A stretch of 64,000 nucleotides of DNA from an uncultured Gammaproteobacteria bacterium (GTDB lineage Bacteria > Pseudomonadota > Gammaproteobacteria > Pseudomonadales > Pseudohongiellaceae), in NCBI GenBank assembly GCA_913061515.1, contig CAJXSF010000010.1, positions 5,808 to 69,807 of the forward strand. The letters are read 5' to 3'. The translations under genes and the position numbers were made by a program. The notes beneath the pieces are model-generated. The model worked only from the letters and a program-made list of their open reading frames with translations, was not told the origin of the DNA and ran no database searches. Position 1 is the stretch's first letter, and each line of letters begins with the position of its first letter. Of this stretch, positions 34,723-43,500 are shown one piece after another.

Positions 34723-35693
34723 GCCTAGAAACACACACAGCACAAAAAACTGTCTTGGTGACTGGCGGCACGGGTTTTGTTGGGCGTGCCCTTTGGCAGC
34801 GCTTGTTAGAAAAGCAATACCGAGTGCATATACTGGCGCGCTCAGAACCCAGTTCTAGCCCCGATGTGGCGAGCAGCGTGTTCTTTCAAGGGGATATCAA
34901 TGACAAAGTGGCGTTGAAAGCCGCTTGTGCCGGTGTCGATACGATCTATCATCTGGCCGCCTATGCCCATGTGAATCAACACGATGCCCAAGCCATGCGG
35001 ACTGTGAATGTCGAGGGAACACGCAGTTTGCTTGCCGCTGCCAAAAGCGCAGGTGTTAAGCGCATCGTCTATTTCAGTAGCATCTTGGCCGATAGTGAGT
35101 TGTACCCCCAACTTACCGACTACGGGCAGGCTAAAAAAGATGCAGAGAACCTGTTGTTAGCGGCAGCAAGTGCGGGTGAGATCGAGGTGTGTTGTCTGCG
35201 CCCTGCCAATGTCTATGGTCTAGGCATGAAGGGCAATCTATTAAGTGTGTTGAAGCTTATTCATCGTGGGGTATTGCCACCCTTGCCCTTGCCGAGCGCA
35301 AGTTTGAGCTTAGTGGGCAGCCGAGACCTTTGCGAGGCGGCGTTGCTAGCGGCTGACTCAGCCAATGCGAACCAACAAATCTACGCGGTGACCGACGGTA
35401 AAACCTATACCATGAAGGGCATTGAGCTGACGGCGCGTCGCACCCTAGGGCGGGCGCCTTTCAAGTGGCAGTTGCCGAGAGAGGCATTTTATTTGGCTTT
35501 TGCCACCCTAGAACTGCTAGGCAAAGTGCTGCGCTTGCCCAATGCCCCTGGCTTGCGTTCCTATCGGGTCTTAACCGTTGATACGGTGGTCTCAAGCGAG
35601 AAAATACAGCAGGAACTGGGCTATAATCCGGCGAGCTCATTGAGCTATGAACTTCCCGAGATTTTGCAACAGATTGCCGCGCGCCAGCAGTAA
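34719..35693 (+). CDS. NAD-dependent sugar epimerase/dehydratase (SDR)
   Basis: VLVTGGTGFVGRAL Rossmann motif and YGQAK catalytic motif. ATGA overlap with the GT2 stop (34719-34722). Confidence 0.8.
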   Translation: MSLETHTAQKTVLVTGGTGFVGRALWQRLLEKQYRVHILARSEPSSSPDVASSVFFQGDINDKVALKAACAGVDTIYHLAAYAHVNQHDAQAMRTVNVEGTRSLLAAAKSAGVKRIVYFSSILADSELYPQLTDYGQAKKDAENLLLAAASAGEIEVCCLRPANVYGLGMKGNLLSVLKLIHRGVLPPLPLPSASLSLVGSRDLCEAALLAADSANANQQIYAVTDGKTYTMKGIELTARRTLGRAPFKWQLPREAFYLAFATLELLGKVLRLPNAPGLRSYRVLTVDTVVSSEKIQQELGYNPASSLSYELPEILQQIAARQQ

Positions 35694-35734
35694 TGGCTCG
35701 TTAAGCAGTAAATTGATACTTAAAAAGGCCCAGC

Positions 35735-36295
35735 GTGAAAATCACCCCTACTACTATTGCCGATGTCGTCATTCTCGAACCCACTTTGCATGGGGATCAC
35801 CGAGGCTTTTTTCTTGAAACTTGGCGTGAGTCGACCTTTGACTCTATCGCCCCTGGCCTGAAATTTGTGCAAGACAATCACAGCAAATCAGGCAAAGGTA
35901 TTCTGCGCGGCCTGCATTACCAATTAAAGCAGCCACAAGGGAAGCTTGTGCGTGTTATTGCTGGCGAGATCTATGACGTGGCTGTGGATATGCGTCGCAA
36001 CTCGGCAAGCTTTGGGCAGTGGGTTGGCGTGACTTTGTCAGCGGATAATCATCGGCAACTATGGGTGCCACCGGGTTTTGCCCATGGTTTTGTCGTAACC
36101 AGCGAAAGCGCCGAAATGGTGTACAAATGCACCGACTACTATGCGCCAGAGGATGAGCATTCCTTGCTTTGGAATGACCCAGCATTAGCAATCGACTGGC
36201 CATTGCAAGATTTAGGGATGGCAGAACCGGTTCTCTCTGCGAAAGATCGCGAAGGCAAATTATTTGCCGATGCCGTTGTGTACGAAAACAGTTAA
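35735..36295 (+). CDS. rfbC: dTDP-4-dehydrorhamnose 3,5-epimerase
   Basis: Cupin-fold RmlC motifs (HGDHRGFFLETW, RGLHYQ, FAHGF). GTG start. Confidence 0.92.
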   Translation: MKITPTTIADVVILEPTLHGDHRGFFLETWRESTFDSIAPGLKFVQDNHSKSGKGILRGLHYQLKQPQGKLVRVIAGEIYDVAVDMRRNSASFGQWVGVTLSADNHRQLWVPPGFAHGFVVTSESAEMVYKCTDYYAPEDEHSLLWNDPALAIDWPLQDLGMAEPVLSAKDREGKLFADAVVYENS

Positions 36296-36322
36296 ATAAG
36301 CGAAAGCACGGAGCAACAATAC

Positions 36323-37201
36323 ATGGGAAAACGCATTGTCATTACTGGGGCAAATGGTCAGTTAGGCCAAACTCTCATGCGTTCGACGTTGTTTGAGCTT
36401 CATACTTTGTTGCCGCTTGGGCGTGAAGACATGGACATTGCGATCCAATCCGAGGTTTCAGCCAAGCTCGATGCCTTAAAGCCCGATGTCATTATCAATG
36501 CGGCGGCCTACACGGCTGTGGATGCGGCAGAGACGAACCCCGAAGATGCTTACAGCATTAACGAACAAGGGGTAAAGCATCTGGCACGTTGGTGTAAAGG
36601 CAAGCCTTGTCATCTCATTCATGTGTCTACTGACTTTGTGTTTGCTGGCGACAAAAATCGCCCCTACCGTGTCGACGAGCAAACCAACCCTTTGAGCATT
36701 TACGGTCAAAGCAAATTGGCTGGCGAGAAAATGTTGACAGAGATTTTACCGAGTAAATTCACCATCGTGCGAACGGCCTGGCTGTACTCTCCTTACAATA
36801 ATAATTTCTTGAAAACGATGCTGCGCTTGATGCGTGAGCGCGACGAACTCAATGTGGTTGACGATCAAATTGGAACGCCTACTTCAACGGCAGGGCTCGC
36901 TGCCTGTTTGCATGGGCTTGTGATGGCTGAAAAGCCAGGCAAACTGTACCATTGGACCGACGCCGGCGTGGCAAGCTGGTATGACTTTGCAGTGGCGATT
37001 CAAGAGGAGGCCCTAGCAAAGTCCTTTTTAGACCATGCCATTCCTATTCATCCAATCTCCACTGAAAAATATAAAACGGCGGCAGTGCGCCCGCCCTACA
37101 GCGTGCTCGACAAATCCAAAGCCTTATTAGATTTGCAGTGCCCACAGATCCATTGGCGCGAAGCCCTACGAGATGTCCTGCGCACATTGACAGAAAAATA
37201 G
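36323..37201 (+). CDS. rfbD: dTDP-4-dehydrorhamnose reductase
   Basis: ITGANGQLG, AAYTAVDAAE, STDFVFAG and YGQSKLAGE. Confidence 0.92.
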   Translation: MGKRIVITGANGQLGQTLMRSTLFELHTLLPLGREDMDIAIQSEVSAKLDALKPDVIINAAAYTAVDAAETNPEDAYSINEQGVKHLARWCKGKPCHLIHVSTDFVFAGDKNRPYRVDEQTNPLSIYGQSKLAGEKMLTEILPSKFTIVRTAWLYSPYNNNFLKTMLRLMRERDELNVVDDQIGTPTSTAGLAACLHGLVMAEKPGKLYHWTDAGVASWYDFAVAIQEEALAKSFLDHAIPIHPISTEKYKTAAVRPPYSVLDKSKALLDLQCPQIHWREALRDVLRTLTEK

Positions 37202-37282
37202 AGGCCAAAAAAGATTGCCATGTAGGAGCTTGCCTGCAAGCGAAACTGACTATAACGATAATTCCAAAGCGAGACACACAAA

Positions 37283-38365
37283 ATGCGAAAAGTCTTAATC
37301 ACCGGCGCAGCTGGATTCATCGGAGCAAACTTCACTCATTACTGGTTGAAGAAATACCCAGCAGATAAAGTCGTCGCATTAGATGTGCTGACTTATGCGG
37401 GCAATACTTGGAACTTGCACGATGTGTGGAACGAGCCAGCCTTGACCTTCGTGAAAGGCGATATCTGTGATCAAGCACTTATCGAGCAATTGCTGACAGA
37501 GCACGGTATAGACACCATTGTGCACTTTGCCGCTGAGAGCCATGTGGATCGCTCAATAACCGGGCCAGATGCCTTTATTAACACCAATATTATCGGCACA
37601 CACAGTTTGCTAAAAGCCGCTAAGGCATTTTGGTTAGATAAAGAGGAGCCGCTGGCCCATCACTTTCATCACGTCTCAACAGATGAAGTGTATGGGACGC
37701 TAGAGCCTGACGATCCGGCTTTCTCTGAGCTAACCCCCTATGCGCCCAACTCTCCTTATGCAGCAAGCAAGGCGGCATCGGACCATTTGGTGCGCTCATA
37801 TCATCACACCTATGGTTTGCGCGTCACCACGAGTAATTGCTCAAACAACTACGGGCCTTATCACTTTCCAGAGAAACTGATTCCTTTGTGCTTGTTGAAT
37901 ATTCTGCATGGTAAGCCCTTGCCGATTTATGGCAATGGTTTGCAGATTCGCGACTGGCTCTATGTGGATGACCACGCGCGCGGCATTGATCTTGTGATCA
38001 ATAAGGGTGAGCCGGGCGAGACCTATAATGTGGGCGGTAATAATGAGTGGACGAATATCGATGTGGTGAAATTGCTTTGCCAGTTAGTCGATGGTTTTTT
38101 TGCTACCGATGAAGAGCTACGCATTCGCTTTCCACAATGCCCTGCTGCAAAAGGCAGTGCTAGTACAAGCCTCATTACCTATGTAACCGACCGCCCTGGC
38201 CATGACACGCGTTATGCCATTAATGCTGAAAAGATCATGTCGCAACTTGGTTACGAGCCAAAAGTAGGTTTTGCCGACGGCCTGACGCGCACTGTGCAAT
38301 GGTATTTAGATAACCAGCAGTGGTGGGAAAAAATACAAGACGGCACCTACAAAAACGGCTTCTAA
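37283..38365 (+). CDS. rfbB: dTDP-glucose 4,6-dehydratase
   Basis: ITGAAGFIGANF, HFAAESHVDRS, YAASKAASDHL and DRPGHDTRYAI. Confidence 0.95.
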   Translation: MRKVLITGAAGFIGANFTHYWLKKYPADKVVALDVLTYAGNTWNLHDVWNEPALTFVKGDICDQALIEQLLTEHGIDTIVHFAAESHVDRSITGPDAFINTNIIGTHSLLKAAKAFWLDKEEPLAHHFHHVSTDEVYGTLEPDDPAFSELTPYAPNSPYAASKAASDHLVRSYHHTYGLRVTTSNCSNNYGPYHFPEKLIPLCLLNILHGKPLPIYGNGLQIRDWLYVDDHARGIDLVINKGEPGETYNVGGNNEWTNIDVVKLLCQLVDGFFATDEELRIRFPQCPAAKGSASTSLITYVTDRPGHDTRYAINAEKIMSQLGYEPKVGFADGLTRTVQWYLDNQQWWEKIQDGTYKNGF

Positions 38366-38377
38366 GGAAGCCGTTTT
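38352..38377. terminator. Bidirectional terminator AAAACGGCTTC-taag-GAAGCCGTTTT that contains the rfbB stop codon in its loop
   Basis: Perfect 11-bp arms, including the A4/T4 runs, between convergent rfbB and the Calx-beta gene (15-nt gap). Confidence 0.7.
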
Positions 38378-38380
38378 ACT

Positions 38381-40075
38381 TTAGGGAAGTAGATAAAAGT
38401 ACTGTTCGTCGCCGGTACTGTATACCATTCTGAAATCTTCGGTGCCATCACCGTTCAAGTCCCCCACTCCAAACAAACCCGTTTTCAAGGTTGTGCCAGC
38501 ATAGGTTTTAGGGTCTACGCGGCGGACTATAAAATCTGCATACAGCTTAATAGTGCGGCCGTTAAAACTAAACGCGCTAATGCCAAATGGCTCGAAGCGC
38601 ACATTCGACACACCATTGAGCGCCAACAAGGCGTTGATATATTCCTGGCCGATTGAAGGCGCAGTGGTAAACAGTTGCTGACGCACGACGTTGTCGCTGG
38701 TGTACACCACCTGCATATATTCCTGCCCGGCTAAGGCGGGGTTTGGATGGGGGTGTAGATACACGCCTTCGACAGAGCCACCAGGTGCCACGCTCGATGT
38801 GATCGATGGCCGCAGGTTATAGCGGTCATAAAAGGAATTATTAATCACGAGCTTGCCATCGTCATCTAAGTCAAGCGGGGGTGGCCCTTGGTTGCGTTGC
38901 ACAGTGAGGTTGCCGTAAGCGGTAATCACCATCTTAGGAATGGAAAGTGCATTGAGCGCAAACTGTAAAACACTAGTATTGGCTAGGGCGGGTTGAAAAT
39001 TGACCTGCAAGCCTTCGTCATTGATCATTCTTCCGCTTTGGTCTTGATTGAGAAATACGGCACTGCTTGCGCCGGTACTTGCCTTGCCCGCGGTGTATGG
39101 GTAGAAGTGAAAGGAGTTGTCGCCCACTTTGATCGTGACGATGCCGGTGGCGGCGGCTTGCGTGGCCTCTAGTGAAGTAATGCTTAATTCGGGAATGCGA
39201 TTAATAGTGGTAAGTATTGTGTTGGCACTGTTGAACGGCGATGCCTGAGTCATGCTTAGTACCTGACCCTGCGTGATATTGTCTACCGCGGGGGTAATCT
39301 TCGTGAGGTTCGGGGTGAAGTCCTCATCATCGTTGACGATGGTAAGCGTGGCAGTGGCTTGTTCGCCCAGTGTGGCAAGGGTTGGGGCTGATAAGGTCAA
39401 TGTTAGGTTTTTGTCGACTTGGCCAACGGAATTGTCAACGATTGTCACGGTAAAGGTTTGCGTGAGGACGCCTTCGCCGAAGGTCAAGGTGCCGGTAGCG
39501 GCTGTATAAAAATCCGGAGCGGTCGCAGTACCATTGCTAGTGGCGTATTTGACGGTCACCTCGCCATTACTGCCGTTTATTCTTGATACGGTAATCGTTG
39601 CATTGCCCGCATTTTCCGCCACGCTATAAGTAGCGGCTGAAAACTCCAATTTGCCCGCCTCGAAATCGAGGATGCTTAACGTGGCTGCTGCATCTGCGCC
39701 TATGGTGTCACCAGTGGGGCTCGATAGCGTTAGGGCAACAGTTTCGGTGCCTTCCACAACGGCATCATCGAGAATGGCGACAGTTACAGTCTTATTGGCA
39801 CTGTCCCCTGCTGCCCAGGAAACAGTGGCAGATAATGCCGTGTAATCGGTGCCCGCAGTCGCAGTGCCATCGGCGCTAGTGACCAGTACAGTAGCAGCGC
39901 CAGTAGTCACTCCCGTGCGCTTGAGAGTGATGGTGGCGGTGGCTGGGGAGGCAGCTTCAGAGACGCTGAAACTCGTGGCGTTAAATTCGATAACACCGGC
40001 CTGTGCGAAGGTGCAGGCACAAAGAAGCAGAAGAGATAAGGCGCTGCGGGAAAACAATGTCATAAGGTTTGCCAT
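38381..40075 (-). CDS. Secreted protein with tandem Calx-beta domains and an unknown C-terminal half
   Basis: Signal peptide (LLLLCACTFAQA). Repeats with GTATAGTDYTA...VTVAILDDAVVEGTETVALTL. C-terminal GDLNGDGTEDF (FG-GAP/EF-like). Start chosen at 40075. Confidence 0.75.
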   Translation of the reverse strand: MANLMTLFSRSALSLLLLCACTFAQAGVIEFNATSFSVSEAASPATATITLKRTGVTTGAATVLVTSADGTATAGTDYTALSATVSWAAGDSANKTVTVAILDDAVVEGTETVALTLSSPTGDTIGADAAATLSILDFEAGKLEFSAATYSVAENAGNATITVSRINGSNGEVTVKYATSNGTATAPDFYTAATGTLTFGEGVLTQTFTVTIVDNSVGQVDKNLTLTLSAPTLATLGEQATATLTIVNDDEDFTPNLTKITPAVDNITQGQVLSMTQASPFNSANTILTTINRIPELSITSLEATQAAATGIVTIKVGDNSFHFYPYTAGKASTGASSAVFLNQDQSGRMINDEGLQVNFQPALANTSVLQFALNALSIPKMVITAYGNLTVQRNQGPPPLDLDDDGKLVINNSFYDRYNLRPSITSSVAPGGSVEGVYLHPHPNPALAGQEYMQVVYTSDNVVRQQLFTTAPSIGQEYINALLALNGVSNVRFEPFGISAFSFNGRTIKLYADFIVRRVDPKTYAGTTLKTGLFGVGDLNGDGTEDFRMVYSTGDEQYFYLLP

Positions 40076-40251
40076 AGAAAGTGAGTTCAAACTAGTTGCT
40101 AGCATACCGCGGTTTATCGGCCGAAGCTGATGAATCTTGAATGTCGCGGGTTTTGCAGCATAGCGGGTTTTGCTAGTTGGCTCACGAGAATTTTGAGAAT
40201 CTGTGACATACTTGGCGCAGTGAAAACACTAGATTAATAAGGAGTGACCCT

Positions 40252-40902
40252 GTGATGCTGAGGTTTGCAAATCCACTGCTTAAAGCGATTTTCGTCATTG
40301 CTTTGCTGAATTGTCTGTACGCTGGCGCCGCTAGTGCCAGCACCGTCCTTGAAATGAGCTTCGCACAGGTCGTTGAGCACTCTGAATTAGTGTTTGAGGG
40401 GCGAGTACAAAGCGTAGAGCCGCAAATATTGGGCGATGGCAGAATTTACACCTTTGTTGAATTCGAAATCCTCGATGTCGTCAAAGGAGCTTATACCGAT
40501 ACGCAAATTCAATTGAGCTTTCTGGGCGGCGAGCTTGCGGGCAAAGGCATGTTTGTCACGGATATGAAGATCCCTCTGGTGGGGGAAACAGGCTTGTATT
40601 TCGTTGAGTCACTTAGCCAAGCTCAGGTGAATCCATTCGTGGGTTGGAGCCAGGGTCATTACTTGATCGAGACCTTGCCAGACAATAGCCGAGTGGTGAC
40701 CACAGTGGCGAATGAGACGGTCATTGCTTTAGATGCGCCAACAAGCCAAGCGCCCACTACGAGTGCCATGAATAGCTTTAGCAAAGGCAAGGCTAAGGGC
40801 GTGCTCATCCAACAGCAAAACCAACTTAGCGCACTTAGCCAAGCGCTGAGTGTTGAGCAGTTCAAGGCCGCGGTGCGTGATGTCGCAGAGCAAGCGCGAT
40901 GA
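40252..40902 (+). CDS. Hypothetical secreted protein, translationally coupled to the metalloprotease
   Basis: Signal peptide (ALLNCLYAGAASAST) and no recognisable motif. Its stop overlaps the next ATG (ATGA at 40899-40902). Confidence 0.5.
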   Translation: MMLRFANPLLKAIFVIALLNCLYAGAASASTVLEMSFAQVVEHSELVFEGRVQSVEPQILGDGRIYTFVEFEILDVVKGAYTDTQIQLSFLGGELAGKGMFVTDMKIPLVGETGLYFVESLSQAQVNPFVGWSQGHYLIETLPDNSRVVTTVANETVIALDAPTSQAPTTSAMNSFSKGKAKGVLIQQQNQLSALSQALSVEQFKAAVRDVAEQAR

Positions 40903-42380
40903 AGGGGCCTGTGAAGATGAGCAAAAAAACACTGCTAATAGCGGTGCTTGGGCTGAGCTGCGCGACCACTTATGCCTATAACGTCTCAGGAACCAAATGG
41001 CCCGGCGCTGCGACGCATCTCTATATTGGCATACCCGGCACCGCGCCCAGTGGTGTGACCTGGAGCGAGGCCTTGCGCCGCTCAGCCTTAGATTGGACGG
41101 CCAATACTCCGTTTACCTTCAATACCATCTCTAGCTACAAAGACCCTTGCAATGGCTACAGTGTGAACAGCCAAGCGTCGGGCTTTCCTGATGGCCAAGG
41201 CGATGGGCTAAACGGTACTGACTTTACGACAACGGTGTGTGGTAACAACTATGGCACTAATGTCTTGGCTGTTACCTTGGTGTATACCGAATCCAATCTG
41301 TTGGGTGCCTTCGATATAACCGAGGCGGATGTGGTCTTTAATGCCAACTCTCGATTCGATATATATGACGGCACGATGAGCCAGTCACGAGGGACCGATT
41401 TCGAACGAGTCGCCTTGCATGAGTTTGGTCATGTCATCGGGATGAGTCACGAACAGTCTGCCACATCGATTATGCGCGCGACCATCGGCAACTCGTTTAC
41501 CCTGCAAGACGATGATATCGCCGGCGCAACGGCTCTGTACAACGGTTATCGAAATTGCCCGTTTACAGATTTAAGTTTTGGGCGGCGCAACGGCAGCCTT
41601 AGTTCGGGCGATTGCACCGTGCAAGAGTTGATGGGCGGTGGCGATGACCCTAGTTTGGTCGATGTGTACCAATTTAGCTTAGAGCAGGCGACCACGGTCA
41701 ATATCGACATGACTTCTCCGTCACTAGATTCAGTCTTGGTGTTGATGACGGGCAAGTCCGAAGTCATTGAAATCGACGACGATAGTGCTGGCGCTTGTAA
41801 CTCTCGCATCAACCGCACTTTACCGGCAGGTGATTACGCCGTGCTGGCCAACACCTTTGCCGGAGAGTCGGACTGCGGCGACACCTTTGGCCCCTATGAA
41901 CTCACGATGTCCTATGCAAGTAATGGGCTCTTAGGCCTTCCAGGGCGTGCGAGCCTGCAAGGGGGCAATGCCAATGCGAGCTTCTCTGGTGCTGTTACCA
42001 GCAATAAAGGGCAAAGCTACAGCAATCTCGTGCGTTCAACTCAATCGGTCGATGTCACAGGGCAGATCACCGTTGACCCTGTTCACCGTGGGAAAGCCGG
42101 TTTTATCGTGGTGGCGGCACTATTGGATGATGGTGAGATTCTGCTACGCGACTCTATTGGCCAATTAATCAGCTATGACCCGCAATCTGGCAATATCCCT
42201 AAATTCAAATCGAAGACCTTGGCAGCTGTGGAGAACGTCGCGGTGCTAAGCAATACGGTGCCTGCACAATTGGGGATTAGCAGTATTGTCGTCGATTTTT
42301 TGATTGGCTATGGCGTTGATAGCGATCCGAATGAGCTCTATTTCCATGCGGCGCCAATTAACCTCACGGTGACGCCTTAA
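40899..42380 (+). CDS. Secreted zinc metalloprotease (metzincin/M10-like) with PPC (pre-peptidase C-terminal) domain
   Basis: HEFGHVIGMSHE zinc site with a downstream SIM Met-turn. PPC-like DVYQFSL...LVLM...DDDSAG...LPAGDYAVLANTF. A signal peptide follows MSKKTL. Confidence 0.8.
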   Translation: MKGPVKMSKKTLLIAVLGLSCATTYAYNVSGTKWPGAATHLYIGIPGTAPSGVTWSEALRRSALDWTANTPFTFNTISSYKDPCNGYSVNSQASGFPDGQGDGLNGTDFTTTVCGNNYGTNVLAVTLVYTESNLLGAFDITEADVVFNANSRFDIYDGTMSQSRGTDFERVALHEFGHVIGMSHEQSATSIMRATIGNSFTLQDDDIAGATALYNGYRNCPFTDLSFGRRNGSLSSGDCTVQELMGGGDDPSLVDVYQFSLEQATTVNIDMTSPSLDSVLVLMTGKSEVIEIDDDSAGACNSRINRTLPAGDYAVLANTFAGESDCGDTFGPYELTMSYASNGLLGLPGRASLQGGNANASFSGAVTSNKGQSYSNLVRSTQSVDVTGQITVDPVHRGKAGFIVVAALLDDGEILLRDSIGQLISYDPQSGNIPKFKSKTLAAVENVAVLSNTVPAQLGISSIVVDFLIGYGVDSDPNELYFHAAPINLTVTP

Positions 42381-42531
42381 TGGCAAACGGAGCGAATGCA
42401 AATTTACTCCGGGCCCTGAGTCACTGTATAATCGCGCACATCTCGTGAAATCTTGCATATGGCAGTGTGTTGTCAATTTTGCGCTATAGGCATGCGAGAG
42501 TTTAATTTGATTACTTTAAGAGGATTTTAGC

Positions 42532-42990
42532 GTGGCAGTTTTCAACAGCAATATCGTTATACGCGTCGCTCGATTGAGCGTGCTGGCACTGAGCGTCGTG
42601 TTTATGGGCTCACTTGCCGCTCAGACTAGCGAGGAATTGATCGCAGAGCGAATCAAGCCAGTTGGTGAAGTCTGTGTTGCTGGCGAGTCTTGCGCTCGTG
42701 GCGGTGCGGCGCCTATGGCGGCGGCCGGAGCTGCAGCAAGCGGTGAATTCAATGTTGAACAGACTTATCAGCAAAACTGCAACGTATGCCACGCCTCTGG
42801 CATGGCCGGTGCACCAAAGCTTGATGATGCGGCTGAGTGGCAAGCGCGCTTGGCGGATAAAGGCATGGAAACATTGGTAGCGAATGCGATCAATGGGATC
42901 AACGCAATGCCTGCGAAAGGAATGTGCATGACTTGTAGTGATGAAAACATTGCAGAGCTAGTTGAGTACATATCAGGACAAGGTCAGTAA
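42532..42990 (+). CDS. Cytochrome c5 family (mono-haem, C-terminal disulfide)
   Basis: CNVCHASGMAGAPK and NAMPAKGMCMTCSDE. GTG start. Ala-rich linker after the signal anchor. Confidence 0.85.
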   Translation: MAVFNSNIVIRVARLSVLALSVVFMGSLAAQTSEELIAERIKPVGEVCVAGESCARGGAAPMAAAGAAASGEFNVEQTYQQNCNVCHASGMAGAPKLDDAAEWQARLADKGMETLVANAINGINAMPAKGMCMTCSDENIAELVEYISGQGQ

Positions 42991-43076
42991 GGCTGTTCAT
43001 TGCTGGTTAAGCTTGGTTTAGTTATTCTGAATTTGTAACGGTGTAATACCGGTAACAGTAATAGGAGCAAGACGTC

Positions 43077-43451
43077 GTGAAATTGATCAATATTTTGAAG
43101 TCCCGTTTAGTACAACTAAGTGCAATTGCTACACTCATCATTATGTCTGGTACTACTTCGGCAGATACTCCTACTTCAGGAGTAATGCAGTTGGCCCAGA
43201 ATTCTGACGGGTTTGAAGTAGAACGTGTATATATGCAAAGCTGCTGGGCATGTCATAACAGCGGTGCGGCTGGTGCTCCTAAAGTAGGCGTGGCAGCAGA
43301 TTGGGCGCCACGTATCGAAAAAGGCATGGATACATTGCTTGAAAATGCCATCAACGGCATTAATGCAATGCCAGCTAAAGGCTTGTGCTTCACTTGTACT
43401 GACGACGATCTGAAAGATCTTATCCAGTACATGGTAGATAGCAGTCAATAA
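43077..43451 (+). CDS. Cytochrome c5 family, tandem paralogue
   Basis: CWACHNSGAAGAPK and NAMPAKGLCFTCTDDD. GTG start. Confidence 0.85.
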   Translation: MKLINILKSRLVQLSAIATLIIMSGTTSADTPTSGVMQLAQNSDGFEVERVYMQSCWACHNSGAAGAPKVGVAADWAPRIEKGMDTLLENAINGINAMPAKGLCFTCTDDDLKDLIQYMVDSSQ

Positions 43452-43471
43452 GTGGCGTGATGCTACTGTAG

Positions 43472-43496
43472 AAAGGGCTCTTAGGAGCCCTTTTTT
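43472..43496. terminator. Bidirectional rho-independent terminator (AAAGGGCTC-ttag-GAGCCCTTTTTT)
   Basis: Read directly between convergent cytochrome c5 and rep. Confidence 0.75.
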
Positions 43497-43500
43497 GTGC

